A DNA stretch of 27,516 bases from a virus (taxonomy: Duplodnaviria > Caudoviricetes): the IMG/VR virus record IMGVR_UViG_3300034147_000008, positions 1-27,516 of that record; one strand, given 5' to 3'. Shown piece after piece: positions 8,684 through 17,655 of the stretch. Each line of letters starts with the position of its first letter. Position 1 is the stretch's first letter. Position numbers and translations under genes: made by a program. The notes beneath the pieces were generated by a model. It made no database searches, had not been told where the DNA came from, and was given only the letters and a program-made list of their open reading frames with translations.

Positions 8684-9631
8684 TCAGCCCGCATAGATGA
8701 AGAAGTTAACCCTGAGAGCTTGCTGTTCGATACTTATAGGCGTCGATGTGCCAGGACCATTACCAGTGTTGCCTCCACTGGATGATCCTGTGTTTCCGCT
8801 TCCCGCTGATGCAGTGTTTACTGCAGAAGCTCCGCCAGAGGTACCAGAGAAGGTTGGTACGTTTACTGAGTGGTAGTGATTAGCACTAACACCCTCTGTC
8901 CAACCCTGAACATAGTGTTGATGCGCAACATCCGTAGACTCTACGTTCTGCGGAAAGGTAACGTTCAACGGTGCATAGTTAGGTGAACCAGACTGTAGAC
9001 CAAATCCTGATGGACCACCCTGATAAACAAATGGAACGCTAGATCCGTGGTTGTGCGCACCTGCGGACAAAGTAGCCATGCTTATCCAGTGAGAGTGATC
9101 ATTGGAAATATATCCACTGTTTATCGAGCCATGGTCATGATTGATCGAGTGAGTGTGGCTTGTCTGAGCATGGACGTGAGCAGCTACTGTGTGAGTGTGT
9201 GCAGTCTCTGTATGCACGTGCGGAGGCAAGTTAGCGGCGAGAATAGTTGCAGTGGTGGCACCAGTAGAAGCACCAAGTGTTCCACCACCCTCAAGAACTC
9301 GGTTCGACATGGCCGGAAGGTTTAACGTTGTCCCAGATTTCCAAGCAGCCGGAACAACTGCCCATAGATCAGGATATAACGAATCTGCATTCACATGGTT
9401 CGTGCCCATGATGAGCCAGCCGTCAAGAGCTGTGCGAATGCTTGCTTTGATGTCGCCAATATCTGCAGCTGGCCCGATAAAGCCTTGTGGGCCACGAACA
9501 TTGCCTGCAACTATCTCTGTGTCATCTCGAGTGACAAGAACTAGATCATCGCCGTCAATATGCCCGTCAACGATAGTTGAATTCTCAATGTCAAGCATTC
9601 TTGCGGCGGTAAAACCGGTTACGGTAGCCAT
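8684..9631 (-). CDS. Minor tail / tail fibre protein with collar domain and His-x-His tip
   Basis: Collar-like IGDIK...GWLI...YPDLWAV...LNLP, followed by ANLPPHVH and nine HxH motifs; C-terminal LRVNFFIYAG as in T4 gp12-like fibres. Confidence 0.75.
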   Translation of the reverse strand: MATVTGFTAARMLDIENSTIVDGHIDGDDLVLVTRDDTEIVAGNVRGPQGFIGPAADIGDIKASIRTALDGWLIMGTNHVNADSLYPDLWAVVPAAWKSGTTLNLPAMSNRVLEGGGTLGASTGATTATILAANLPPHVHTETAHTHTVAAHVHAQTSHTHSINHDHGSINSGYISNDHSHWISMATLSAGAHNHGSSVPFVYQGGPSGFGLQSGSPNYAPLNVTFPQNVESTDVAHQHYVQGWTEGVSANHYHSVNVPTFSGTSGGASAVNTASAGSGNTGSSSGGNTGNGPGTSTPISIEQQALRVNFFIYAG

Positions 9632-10437
9632 ATGTCCTCCTCGTTCTTGTTGGAGCTGCTAATTTCGTATGTATCAGCATCAAGATATACAGCAGTATCT
9701 GATGTGATCTCGAACGTTGTGGAATCGAGCATTGTGATGTAGCCCTCGAACTGACTTGATGCCGTCCAGGTTCCATCACCGTTATCTTTGATAACCAAAC
9801 GATTCCATTTACGAATAAATGCGCTCAAACCTTCTAACGAAGGAAGTCTTGCGTCGTTTGTTTCATCTCCGTAGAGAACTTCTTCAATGTCTGCCAACAA
9901 CAAAGGGTCTAATTTGCGTGTGTCAATTATCACATAAGACGTTGGTTTAAACTTTCCAATGTATTCGGGAACAGTCGTCAATTCCCATTCAAACTCAAGA
10001 GGGGATGAATCATCAGAAAGAGTTCTGTGTTCTCTTTCAGATGGAACAGCTGTAATGTTCCATATAATGTGAATCTTGTAGCCTTCGTCTATGTCTGTGT
10101 CGCTACTAACCCTTGTGCGATAACATAGATGAAATGTGCTGGTTGGCTGGCCAGTGATTAAAAGACCCGTTTGGTCTTCTAAAGTTCCTTCAAAGCGAAG
10201 AAACTCCTCCGGGTATGTAATCGCTCGTAGAACTGCTGAGAAATCTCCTCCAAACACAATGTCGTTGATCTTGATCCCATCAAAGTACGTTGGTTCAACA
10301 TCAACTTCGACCGCTTGTTCAACGGATGTCAACCCATTCCAAGCAACCCCAATTCCGTTAGGGAAGTATAGAACGCCCCGATCTAATCCTGTTTCATAGA
10401 TTCGATCACCAACATTGTCCCAGGTTAGAGTCGTCAT
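9619..10437 (-). CDS. Major tail protein paralogue (second tail-tube-like protein) with C-terminal extension
   Basis: Aligns by eye with 11019-11672 (LTWD..GDR.YETG.D.GVLY, GVAWNGLT.V, TYP.EF, YRTR, GYKIH, F.WE) and carries about 60 extra C-terminal residues. Confidence 0.85.
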   Translation of the reverse strand: MTTLTWDNVGDRIYETGLDRGVLYFPNGIGVAWNGLTSVEQAVEVDVEPTYFDGIKINDIVFGGDFSAVLRAITYPEEFLRFEGTLEDQTGLLITGQPTSTFHLCYRTRVSSDTDIDEGYKIHIIWNITAVPSEREHRTLSDDSSPLEFEWELTTVPEYIGKFKPTSYVIIDTRKLDPLLLADIEEVLYGDETNDARLPSLEGLSAFIRKWNRLVIKDNGDGTWTASSQFEGYITMLDSTTFEITSDTAVYLDADTYEISSSNKNEEDIWLP

Positions 10438-10448
10438 TGGGCCTCCTC

Positions 10449-10997
10449 TCAGCCACTAGTTCCGTATTGTTGCCTTCTTTGAGCATTCAGCTCTCGATTT
10501 CGTTGAGCCATTTCGCTCTTTGACATCTTCCTTGGCTTCGAATTCTTCATGTTACAGATTCGGATCAATGAGAAGAGCCTATTCAGATGCCAACGTTCAG
10601 TTTCGAACGGTATGCTAAATGAGACCATCCAAAAGTAGATTAGTTCAGAGGTAATTATTTCTGGCCTATGACGACCTTTCATCTCCGGCATAACCCCAAA
10701 CGTAGTCGCCGATTGTTTGGATTCAATGTAACCATTAATGGCGTCTAGATTCTCTCTAGACAATCGTCTAGAGATGTCTGACGGAAAAGTTTGATTGAGA
10801 ATCATTGCGTGCACATACCATAGAATCTCATCCGAACTCTTGTTCTCTTTTGCCAAGAACGGTTTCTCAAATTTTGCCTCCCATTTTGACACGGAGACGA
10901 GAGAATGCTCCAGCTGCAATGTAATTGGTTCAACAGACATAAACTCTGATGTCTCTTCGTTGAACACTTCATCACCAGATACAAATAGTGTAAGCAT
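10449..10997 (-). CDS. Conserved tail-region protein, probable tail assembly chaperone
   Basis: 182 aa between the tail tube and tape measure genes. LQLEHSLVSVSKWE, ITSELIYFWM, WHLNRL and basic C-terminus RNRELNAQRR. Function is inferred from position. Confidence 0.6.
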   Translation of the reverse strand: MLTLFVSGDEVFNEETSEFMSVEPITLQLEHSLVSVSKWEAKFEKPFLAKENKSSDEILWYVHAMILNQTFPSDISRRLSRENLDAINGYIESKQSATTFGVMPEMKGRHRPEIITSELIYFWMVSFSIPFETERWHLNRLFSLIRICNMKNSKPRKMSKSEMAQRNRELNAQRRQQYGTSG

Positions 10998-11018
10998 TCT
11001 CTAATCTCCTAAGTCAAA

Positions 11019-11672
11019 TCAGGCTTCGAACGCCGCAATCACCGCATCTGGTGTTGGGAGCGACGGAACCACAGCCGTATCACCGTAGATGATCAACTCG
11101 AAGGCCGTAAGGTCCGCTGGGGCAACGGTCCTCGAGTCGATGACGATGAGAGAGGTTGGCTGATGACCGGTCACCGGTGCTGGGTTGGTTGCAACCTCCC
11201 AGCTGAAGGTGATGGCCTCTGGGCTATCGTTGATGGTGTTGTATGCCTTCTCCGACGGGCTGGCCTGGCATCCGTACACCAGGTGAATCTTGTAGCCGTG
11301 GGAATCGCCGTCAAGGTCGTTGCCGATACGAGTCCGGTACGACAGGCCGAAGGTCCTTCGGGGCTGTTGACCGAGCACGACGCCAGGCTCCGGCGTAGCA
11401 AGACCATCGAACTGAGCGAACTCATCCGGATAGGTGAACGCCTCGATCGTGCAGGCGAACTCCTCAGCCGAGAAAAGGTTCAGGTACTTGATGTTGTCGG
11501 CATACTGAGCGGAAGGCTCCGCCCCAGAAGGCGTTTCCGAAACGGCCGTGAGACCGTTCCAAGCGACGCCGCTGGCGTAAACCCCGGAAACATCCGGAAT
11601 GTAAAGGACGCCGTGATCGACACCGGTTTCGTAGAACCGATCTCCAATTGCGTCCCAGGTGAGTGCTACCAT
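11019..11672 (-). CDS. Major tail (tube) protein
   Basis: YETGVDHGVLY, GVAWNGLTAVSETPSGAE, YADNIKY, A.PSEKAY.TINDSPEAITFSWE. Strong AGGAGG RBS and GC3-rich codons. Confidence 0.9.
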   Translation of the reverse strand: MVALTWDAIGDRFYETGVDHGVLYIPDVSGVYASGVAWNGLTAVSETPSGAEPSAQYADNIKYLNLFSAEEFACTIEAFTYPDEFAQFDGLATPEPGVVLGQQPRRTFGLSYRTRIGNDLDGDSHGYKIHLVYGCQASPSEKAYNTINDSPEAITFSWEVATNPAPVTGHQPTSLIVIDSRTVAPADLTAFELIIYGDTAVVPSLPTPDAVIAAFEA

Positions 11673-11683
11673 TGTACTTCCTC

Positions 11684-11989
11684 CTAGAAGAAGAGTCTAA
11701 AAACGTCGTGGTTGAGGTTGTCAGCCGTGAAGAATCGGTCATAGCTGCATTTCGGCAACTCAGAAACCTTTCTTGGAATGTCACTGTCAGGATCCCGGTC
11801 AATGACCGTCACTTGATAGCGAGTTTCGATAGAATACGGCTTGTCGTCTGCAAATTCGGTCCGAACTGTGTCTCTGCTATAAACAATGCACGGATAACTC
11901 ATTTGCTTGGAAGGTGGTGGCTGGAAATACACATTATCTGAGCCAAGTAAATCGACCAAGAGGGCTTGAAGCTCAAGGCGTTGGGCCAT
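11684..11989 (-). CDS. Tail terminator / head-tail joining protein
   Basis: NVYFQPP...YPCIVY...RYQVTVIDRDPDS...DNLNHDVF; immediately upstream of the major tail gene. Start placed at MAQRL (GGAG RBS). Confidence 0.7.
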   Translation of the reverse strand: MAQRLELQALLVDLLGSDNVYFQPPPSKQMSYPCIVYSRDTVRTEFADDKPYSIETRYQVTVIDRDPDSDIPRKVSELPKCSYDRFFTADNLNHDVFRLFF

Positions 11990-12302
11990 TGTAAACACTC
12001 CCTAGCCTCAGCAGCAGGCGAGGACTCTGAACTTCGACGCTAGTCACAGTCCAAAGAGTCCCCGCCCACTGAATATACTTGATCAGAAAGAAGTGTTCGA
12101 TGGCGTATTGATCCGCAACTATGCGGATGGAGTTTCCAACTGAAATGTCGGGGTTGAGCTTCTCTCCTTCTTCCAGGTTTCGAGCGTTTCTGATCACATC
12201 TCCGAAATATGGGATCTCGGTGATCTGATCTACCCAAACACCAGAATCTGGAGGAGACTCTACGGTTTCTCCGTATCCAATAACTCCATAAAATCTTGCC
12301 AT
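11973..12302 (-). CDS. Head closure / head-to-tail stopper-like protein
   Basis: 109 aa after the capsid gene. MARFYGVIGY...W.V.SVEVQ.PRLLL.LG.VYNG, beta-rich; AAGGAG RBS. Confidence 0.65.
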   Translation of the reverse strand: MARFYGVIGYGETVESPPDSGVWVDQITEIPYFGDVIRNARNLEEGEKLNPDISVGNSIRIVADQYAIEHFFLIKYIQWAGTLWTVTSVEVQSPRLLLRLGSVYNGPTP

Positions 12303-12316
12303 CTCTACTCCTTAGT

Positions 12317-14329
12317 TCAGCCCCGGTTCCGGAAGGTCCAGGTCGTGTTGGCGTTGCTAGCGAAGTACTTGCCAGACGCCGGCGTGGCGACGATGGTGAT
12401 GGTCTCATCAACATCGAGCGCCGTCTGTGCACCAGCGGTAAGCGTGTTACCATCGCCGTCCTTGTAGACGACGCCAGTAGTAGCAACGACTGTCGGAACT
12501 CCGGTGTCCTCATTGTAGGTCGGAGCATTCGGAACAACGACAGTGTCTGAACCAGAGGCAGCTCTCTTCACGACGATCGCACTCTTGAGCTTGGCAAGAG
12601 CTCCCGAGACACGAGTTTCGATCAGGTACTTGTACTGGTTGTAGTCGATGTCGAAGTCATCGAACATCGAAACGTTTCCGCCCTTGTCGGCACCGACAAC
12701 GTAGTCGTTCAGATTCACGAGAACCGCAACGATGTCCGTCTCTTCCTCCATGACCTCAACCGGAACGATCGAAGCGACTCGAAGCTCTGCAGCAATCTCG
12801 TCGAGCGAACGATACAGCCTACGGTTCATCCCGTCAGTGAGCAGCATGAACTGCGCAATGTACGTCTCCGTCGTGAAGAGCGTCGGCAAGCCAGAACCCT
12901 TGAACGAACTACGGTTAAGGATGAGGGCGTCGATGATCTCACGAACCGTTGAGCTCGCATCATCGAGGTTGACAGTGACCGTCGTGGTGTACAGAGAGTG
13001 ATCGCTTGCGATGGGACGGATGTTGCCCTCTTGGATCTTGTCCTCAGAAGAGATGTCACGGCCGTCACCGATGAGAATCGCACGAGCGAGTTCCTCTTCG
13101 AGCATGAGCCTCATCTCGGCCTTGAGCCAGGCCACCACATCGAAGTCGGTGATGTCGAGCATGTCGTCACGATCGAGCTTCTGCTTCTTGTAGATGGTCT
13201 GAGGGGTGGTGACTCGCTTGGAGACACTGAAGAACTCTTCCTTCTTCAGGTCGCCAGTCACGTAACCCTTTGCACGGGCCTCTTCCATCGTGAGGTTTGC
13301 GGCGAGAGTCTTGACTCGGCTGAATGGGCTCTTACGAGTCCCACTGAGCACAGTCGACACCCACTCAGTGCGGCGCTTGTCCCATTCCGGCGTATCGGCC
13401 AGGGCCCGAGCTTCCGGGAACAGGATGTCAATGTCATCAATGCCGTGAGAAATGGCATAATTCTCAACCGCTTCCTTGAGGGAGCCGTTCTTCGTTGCAT
13501 CAGCGACGATACCGGCGACGTCGGCATGAGAAAGGACAACGCCTTTACCGTCCATCAGTGAACCAGGCTTCTCGTCCTTCTTCTCGAAAACGTTGTGGGT
13601 CATGGTTGTTTCCTTGTCTTCCTTGTCTTCCTTGTCGGCATCGCCGAGGTTGTCTTGTTGGAACTCGCTCTTTGCGGACTCGAGGGCCACGCCGAGCATG
13701 TAGTGAACGACTTGCTTCTGCTCATCGCTCATGGACTCGTAGACGTCTTCAACGGTCTTACCGCTTTCATCGTCTTCTTTTTCGTCTGCGTCGGCGTGAG
13801 TGACTTCAGTCTTTACTTCACTCTTCTCGCCTTCATCCTTCTTCTCATCATCGGCATGCTTGAGATCTTCATGCTCCAACTCGAGGCCGGTGTAGATGAT
13901 CGCTTCGTCATCAATGACATCTTCTCCACCATCGGAATGGCGAATAGTGACGTTCTCGATGAGAGCACCTGGGTTGGCTCCGGCCAAGACAAGACTAACT
14001 TCACGAATTGCTCCGTGGAGAACCTTCCCTGCCCGCTCAACCAGTTGATTTGCCCAAATGGACATCTGGTTGATATCGCCATGCTCGAGGAGACCATGTG
14101 CGTGCGACGCCTTGTCCGACTTGTTGAAGAAGCCGTATGCGTAGACGCCATCGTCTCTGTTTTCGAGGACAGCATGCCCGAGAACGTTCTCGGGGTCATT
14201 GTGCCCATGTTGCCAGACGAGGGGGACCTTCGTCTGATCTTGATGTCGGAACGCACCGGACATGATCGTCCGGCCATCGGTGCACTTGAGCCCCGACTTT
14301 GTTGCGTATCCGCTGAAATCAGCTTCCAT
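12317..14329 (-). CDS. Fused prohead protease - scaffold - major capsid protein with C-terminal Ig-like extension
   Basis: N-terminal HK97-type protease motifs (FSGYAT, PLVWQHGH, MSIWAN, IREVSLVLAGANPGA), an acidic linker, an HK97-fold capsid region (EELARAILIGDGR, FDDFDIDYNQYKYLIETRVSGAL) and a Thr/Val-rich C-terminal domain. Confidence 0.92.
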   Translation of the reverse strand: MEADFSGYATKSGLKCTDGRTIMSGAFRHQDQTKVPLVWQHGHNDPENVLGHAVLENRDDGVYAYGFFNKSDKASHAHGLLEHGDINQMSIWANQLVERAGKVLHGAIREVSLVLAGANPGALIENVTIRHSDGGEDVIDDEAIIYTGLELEHEDLKHADDEKKDEGEKSEVKTEVTHADADEKEDDESGKTVEDVYESMSDEQKQVVHYMLGVALESAKSEFQQDNLGDADKEDKEDKETTMTHNVFEKKDEKPGSLMDGKGVVLSHADVAGIVADATKNGSLKEAVENYAISHGIDDIDILFPEARALADTPEWDKRRTEWVSTVLSGTRKSPFSRVKTLAANLTMEEARAKGYVTGDLKKEEFFSVSKRVTTPQTIYKKQKLDRDDMLDITDFDVVAWLKAEMRLMLEEELARAILIGDGRDISSEDKIQEGNIRPIASDHSLYTTTVTVNLDDASSTVREIIDALILNRSSFKGSGLPTLFTTETYIAQFMLLTDGMNRRLYRSLDEIAAELRVASIVPVEVMEEETDIVAVLVNLNDYVVGADKGGNVSMFDDFDIDYNQYKYLIETRVSGALAKLKSAIVVKRAASGSDTVVVPNAPTYNEDTGVPTVVATTGVVYKDGDGNTLTAGAQTALDVDETITIVATPASGKYFASNANTTWTFRNRG

Positions 14330-14351
14330 TTTGACTGTTCCTTTCCAAAGA

Positions 14352-15572
14352 CTAAGTCCCTGAATCTTCTTCTGGTTGTGGCTCTTCTTCTGGTTGTGGC
14401 ATGTTGCTGTTGATTAGTTTGTCCGCCTTGGGATCCTTCGACGGTGCAAGACCCATAAATCCTCTAATCTCGTTCGCCGAGAGGATCTCATTCCGACTAA
14501 ACTTGTCGGCAATGTTCGCTAGGTCATTCACAGGGACAAGCTTGAACGGATTCTGGAAGTACTTGATCCTCTGAGTATCTGGGCTGCCCATTCTTTGAAT
14601 GAACGCCCTCTGCATAGCCTCAATGATGGCAACGATTAAAGGTTCAATGGTTCGGTTGAAGTAGTTCAACATGGCCTTTTCATCGGCCGTACCATTCATT
14701 ACATCCTCGGTCAAGCCCAACTGCCCATACAGCATGTTGGTTAGATACTCGACTTGCTTTAGGAGGTTGTTCTCGGCAGGGCGGTTCAACTGAGTAATCT
14801 TCTCAGTGCCATCGGTGTAAGCAATACCGTATTGGCTGCCCTTCAATTGAAGCTCAATGTCTTGCCGACGCTGTTCTGCTTGCAGCCTACGAGCTTCAGA
14901 CTTGATCACATAAGGTAGTTGGATGATAAGGTCCAACTTACCAGAACCTGACTGTTCATCGACAGTGTCAAGAAGGTTTAACTTCCTAATCAGTCGTTGA
15001 AGAGTCGAGTTAGGCTCGTTCATCACAGAATACAACGGATTCTCAACGAGAGCCACGTAGCGCTTCTCTAATGTTATCTGCTCTCTAATGCCACGCTCAA
15101 TGTTGTACAGATTTACAGTGACGTGTCTTGGGTACCACATTGTGACATCACCAACACGAAGTGTCAGAATGTCAAATGTCTCATCCGTAGTTGGATCGCT
15201 CAACGTATCAACAGGAACGATCGCTGCTGAGCCCTTGTCAAACAAGGTCATAGCGATGTCCTGCCTAAAAGCACGAGGACCTTGGTCTATGTTTGGTTCC
15301 AACGTCAAACAATGGTTTAGTTGACTGTCAAGATCCTTCGAATACCGTCCTTCTTCATCCAATTGGATGTGACGGATGTCAATCGCCGCAACGTCAATGC
15401 TAAGTCTCGTAAATATAGACGAGATGATAGATCGTTCGTTGGTATAACGAAGTCTTGACCTATCCGGGCGGATACTTGTGCTGGGCCCTACATTAAAGGT
15501 GGTATACGGAGTGGTCGCTTCGCTGTAACGAAACGCATTCCACATGCTTTTAAATCGGTCTACTAAACCCAT
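14352..15572 (-). CDS. Portal protein
   Basis: 406 aa between terminase and protease. LTLEPNIDQ, GKLDLIIQLPY, EILSANEIRGFMGL (HK97-type portal C-terminal motif). Confidence 0.9.
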   Translation of the reverse strand: MGLVDRFKSMWNAFRYSEATTPYTTFNVGPSTSIRPDRSRLRYTNERSIISSIFTRLSIDVAAIDIRHIQLDEEGRYSKDLDSQLNHCLTLEPNIDQGPRAFRQDIAMTLFDKGSAAIVPVDTLSDPTTDETFDILTLRVGDVTMWYPRHVTVNLYNIERGIREQITLEKRYVALVENPLYSVMNEPNSTLQRLIRKLNLLDTVDEQSGSGKLDLIIQLPYVIKSEARRLQAEQRRQDIELQLKGSQYGIAYTDGTEKITQLNRPAENNLLKQVEYLTNMLYGQLGLTEDVMNGTADEKAMLNYFNRTIEPLIVAIIEAMQRAFIQRMGSPDTQRIKYFQNPFKLVPVNDLANIADKFSRNEILSANEIRGFMGLAPSKDPKADKLINSNMPQPEEEPQPEEDSGT

Positions 15573-15583
15573 AAATCACCTCC

Positions 15584-15898
15584 TTACTTCCCTTGTTGGG
15601 CAAGATTTTTAACCAATACTTCAAACGTGTGTCCATCGTTTGCAGATATAGTCCAGTTTTTTCCTGCTGCTGCAAAAGGTCTTATTGGTGAAGACGATAT
15701 AGAATTTGAGCCTCTACTAGTAAGAATTCCTGCAGCCAAAGCTGCCCCAGCAACAGTTACTGCTGTACCACGTGGATGTCGTTTGACAAATCTACCAGTT
15801 GCTCTTGCCCCACTTCCAGCTTTCCGTACACCCCACTTCATACCCCTGACACCAAAGTGCTCAAGGACATCATCTGGTGTTTCAAATTCAAACGTCAT
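15584..15898 (-). CDS. HGVxGMKWGVR-motif (DUF7211-like) basic protein
   Basis: VLEHFGVRGMKWGVRK followed by a basic segment and hydrophobic helix (TAVTVAGAALAAGIL). ATGA-coupled to terminase. Confidence 0.75.
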   Translation of the reverse strand: MTFEFETPDDVLEHFGVRGMKWGVRKAGSGARATGRFVKRHPRGTAVTVAGAALAAGILTSRGSNSISSSPIRPFAAAGKNWTISANDGHTFEVLVKNLAQQGK

Positions 15899-17637
15899 TC
15901 AAACGCCTCCTTGTTCGCTTTGTATGCAACGTAGGCGTCCATGAGGGCCGACACATTGTCGATCTTCTCTTCTGCCCGCTTCTTGAGAAGCTTTCGGTTT
16001 CCATTCGTGTCTTCCAGAGTAACTGCGTTACCCATGGCAAAGGACATCAAATCCTGGTCGAAGATCAACTTACGTTCTTCAGCAAAGATCTTCAATTCCC
16101 CCAATGGAACTGACTCTGTTCGTGCGCCTTGAATGACCTTCTCTATTCCGAAAGGTCCATTCTCAGCTTCCCATCTAGTGACGAACTCTTTGGCGTTGTA
16201 TGGGTCGAACCCGAAACATCGAACATCATACTCACTTTGAGTGATGAACTGATCGAGGTCATCGTAAACCTCCATCATGTCTAAGACTGTTCCTTCTAAC
16301 ACATGGAGGCTCCCCTCTCGAATGAAGTCTTCATACTTGGCTCTCATAGCTCCTGGAAGCTTCATCAACGTCAAAGAAGTAATGTAACTTCGTGTCTTAA
16401 CACCGAACGATTGGTTTGCGAATGGGAATAGAAGAGTAAACGCACAGAAGTCATCACCTTGGGAAAGGTCCGCTCCAAGGGCGCAAGGCATACCCCAGAA
16501 CTCACGTGTTGCGTGCGGGAGCGTATCTTCATAAGTGAAGAAGTACGTATAACCTTCCATTGGGATGCCAAACCGCTTAGCCAAGATGTCATTACGGCTA
16601 GCAGGAGCCTTTTCGGCTCTTTCGACGTCCAAATGGTATGTGTCGTACGTTACGGTCTTTCCTAGGTTTGGATTTGCCTTTAACCATGTCGATGGATCCG
16701 CTACCTCCTCAATGTCATCGAGTTTGTAGTGCCAAATCGAAATGTGTGGCGCTTGATACTCTCCACGAAGTATACTAGCGAGTTCCATTTTGATGGTATC
16801 ACCAGAACCATTCCTCACCGTTCCTTCAGAGCTGATAGCAACAATCAAATAGTCGTCTAGCTTAGAAGCTCCCTGTTCCACAGCACCGACAACGTCCTCT
16901 CTTAGATCACCAGACAACCATTCATCGATAGTCGAACAAGCTGGTCGAAGACCTTGAAGTTTATTAATGGCCATTGGCCTAATCTCCATCAAGGACCCTG
17001 TTAGAAAGTTCTCTATGCCCTTCTTGGTTGAGGCAAGTTTGGCTCTTTGAGCCCTAGATCCGGTGGTGTTCTGCAACGACCCTTCGGTTAAGAACTTAAA
17101 GAGAGGACCTCTTGATCTCGTGATAGCAGTGCGGAGGGGGGACATTACCTCATCCGCCTGCTTCATTGTTGGGGCGGTCGTGATCTGATGTGTCGTCTGG
17201 GTTATCACATTAAGGTAATAGCCTTGGATGCAGGCAGCGTACATGGATTTGGCTGCGCCACGAGCGACAATCAGATACTGCTTAACGATGAGACGTTTCT
17301 TGATGGTCTTGGTAATGAACGAGCCACCGCCGTGACCATCTGGTTGATACACCGCTCTATCAACGAAGTAGAACCACCCAAAGATCTGCTCAGACCAAAG
17401 TTTGAACGTGTCTAGAAGATGAAGATCTCCACCATCAGTCAACGTTAACTCGAACTCACAGTACTTGATGAATCCATCTACAGCCATGTCATCAAAGTAG
17501 TAATTAGGATTAGCAATCAACTCATCGATACGATTCATCTCCATGGAGATTTCTCTGTTTACTGGAATCTCACCTCTGAGAACAACATCACGAAATTCTG
17601 CATAGTACTTGGGGGTCGCAGTATTCGATAAAGCCAT
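15895..17637 (-). CDS. terL: Terminase large subunit
   Basis: Walker A-like VARGAAKS, Walker B IDEW, coupling motif ISSEG, WLKANPNLG, and RNase H-like nuclease residues GADLSQGDD, FGFDPYNA, KIDNVSA. Confidence 0.93.
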   Translation of the reverse strand: MALSNTATPKYYAEFRDVVLRGEIPVNREISMEMNRIDELIANPNYYFDDMAVDGFIKYCEFELTLTDGGDLHLLDTFKLWSEQIFGWFYFVDRAVYQPDGHGGGSFITKTIKKRLIVKQYLIVARGAAKSMYAACIQGYYLNVITQTTHQITTAPTMKQADEVMSPLRTAITRSRGPLFKFLTEGSLQNTTGSRAQRAKLASTKKGIENFLTGSLMEIRPMAINKLQGLRPACSTIDEWLSGDLREDVVGAVEQGASKLDDYLIVAISSEGTVRNGSGDTIKMELASILRGEYQAPHISIWHYKLDDIEEVADPSTWLKANPNLGKTVTYDTYHLDVERAEKAPASRNDILAKRFGIPMEGYTYFFTYEDTLPHATREFWGMPCALGADLSQGDDFCAFTLLFPFANQSFGVKTRSYITSLTLMKLPGAMRAKYEDFIREGSLHVLEGTVLDMMEVYDDLDQFITQSEYDVRCFGFDPYNAKEFVTRWEAENGPFGIEKVIQGARTESVPLGELKIFAEERKLIFDQDLMSFAMGNAVTLEDTNGNRKLLKKRAEEKIDNVSALMDAYVAYKANKEAFE

Positions 17638-17655
17638 TAGCGACCTCCTTTCCTA

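Noticed and set aside
12732-14413. Several long plus-strand and alternate-frame ORFs over the capsid gene
   Set aside because: These are shadow ORFs expected from strong GC3 bias; they have no recognisable motifs.
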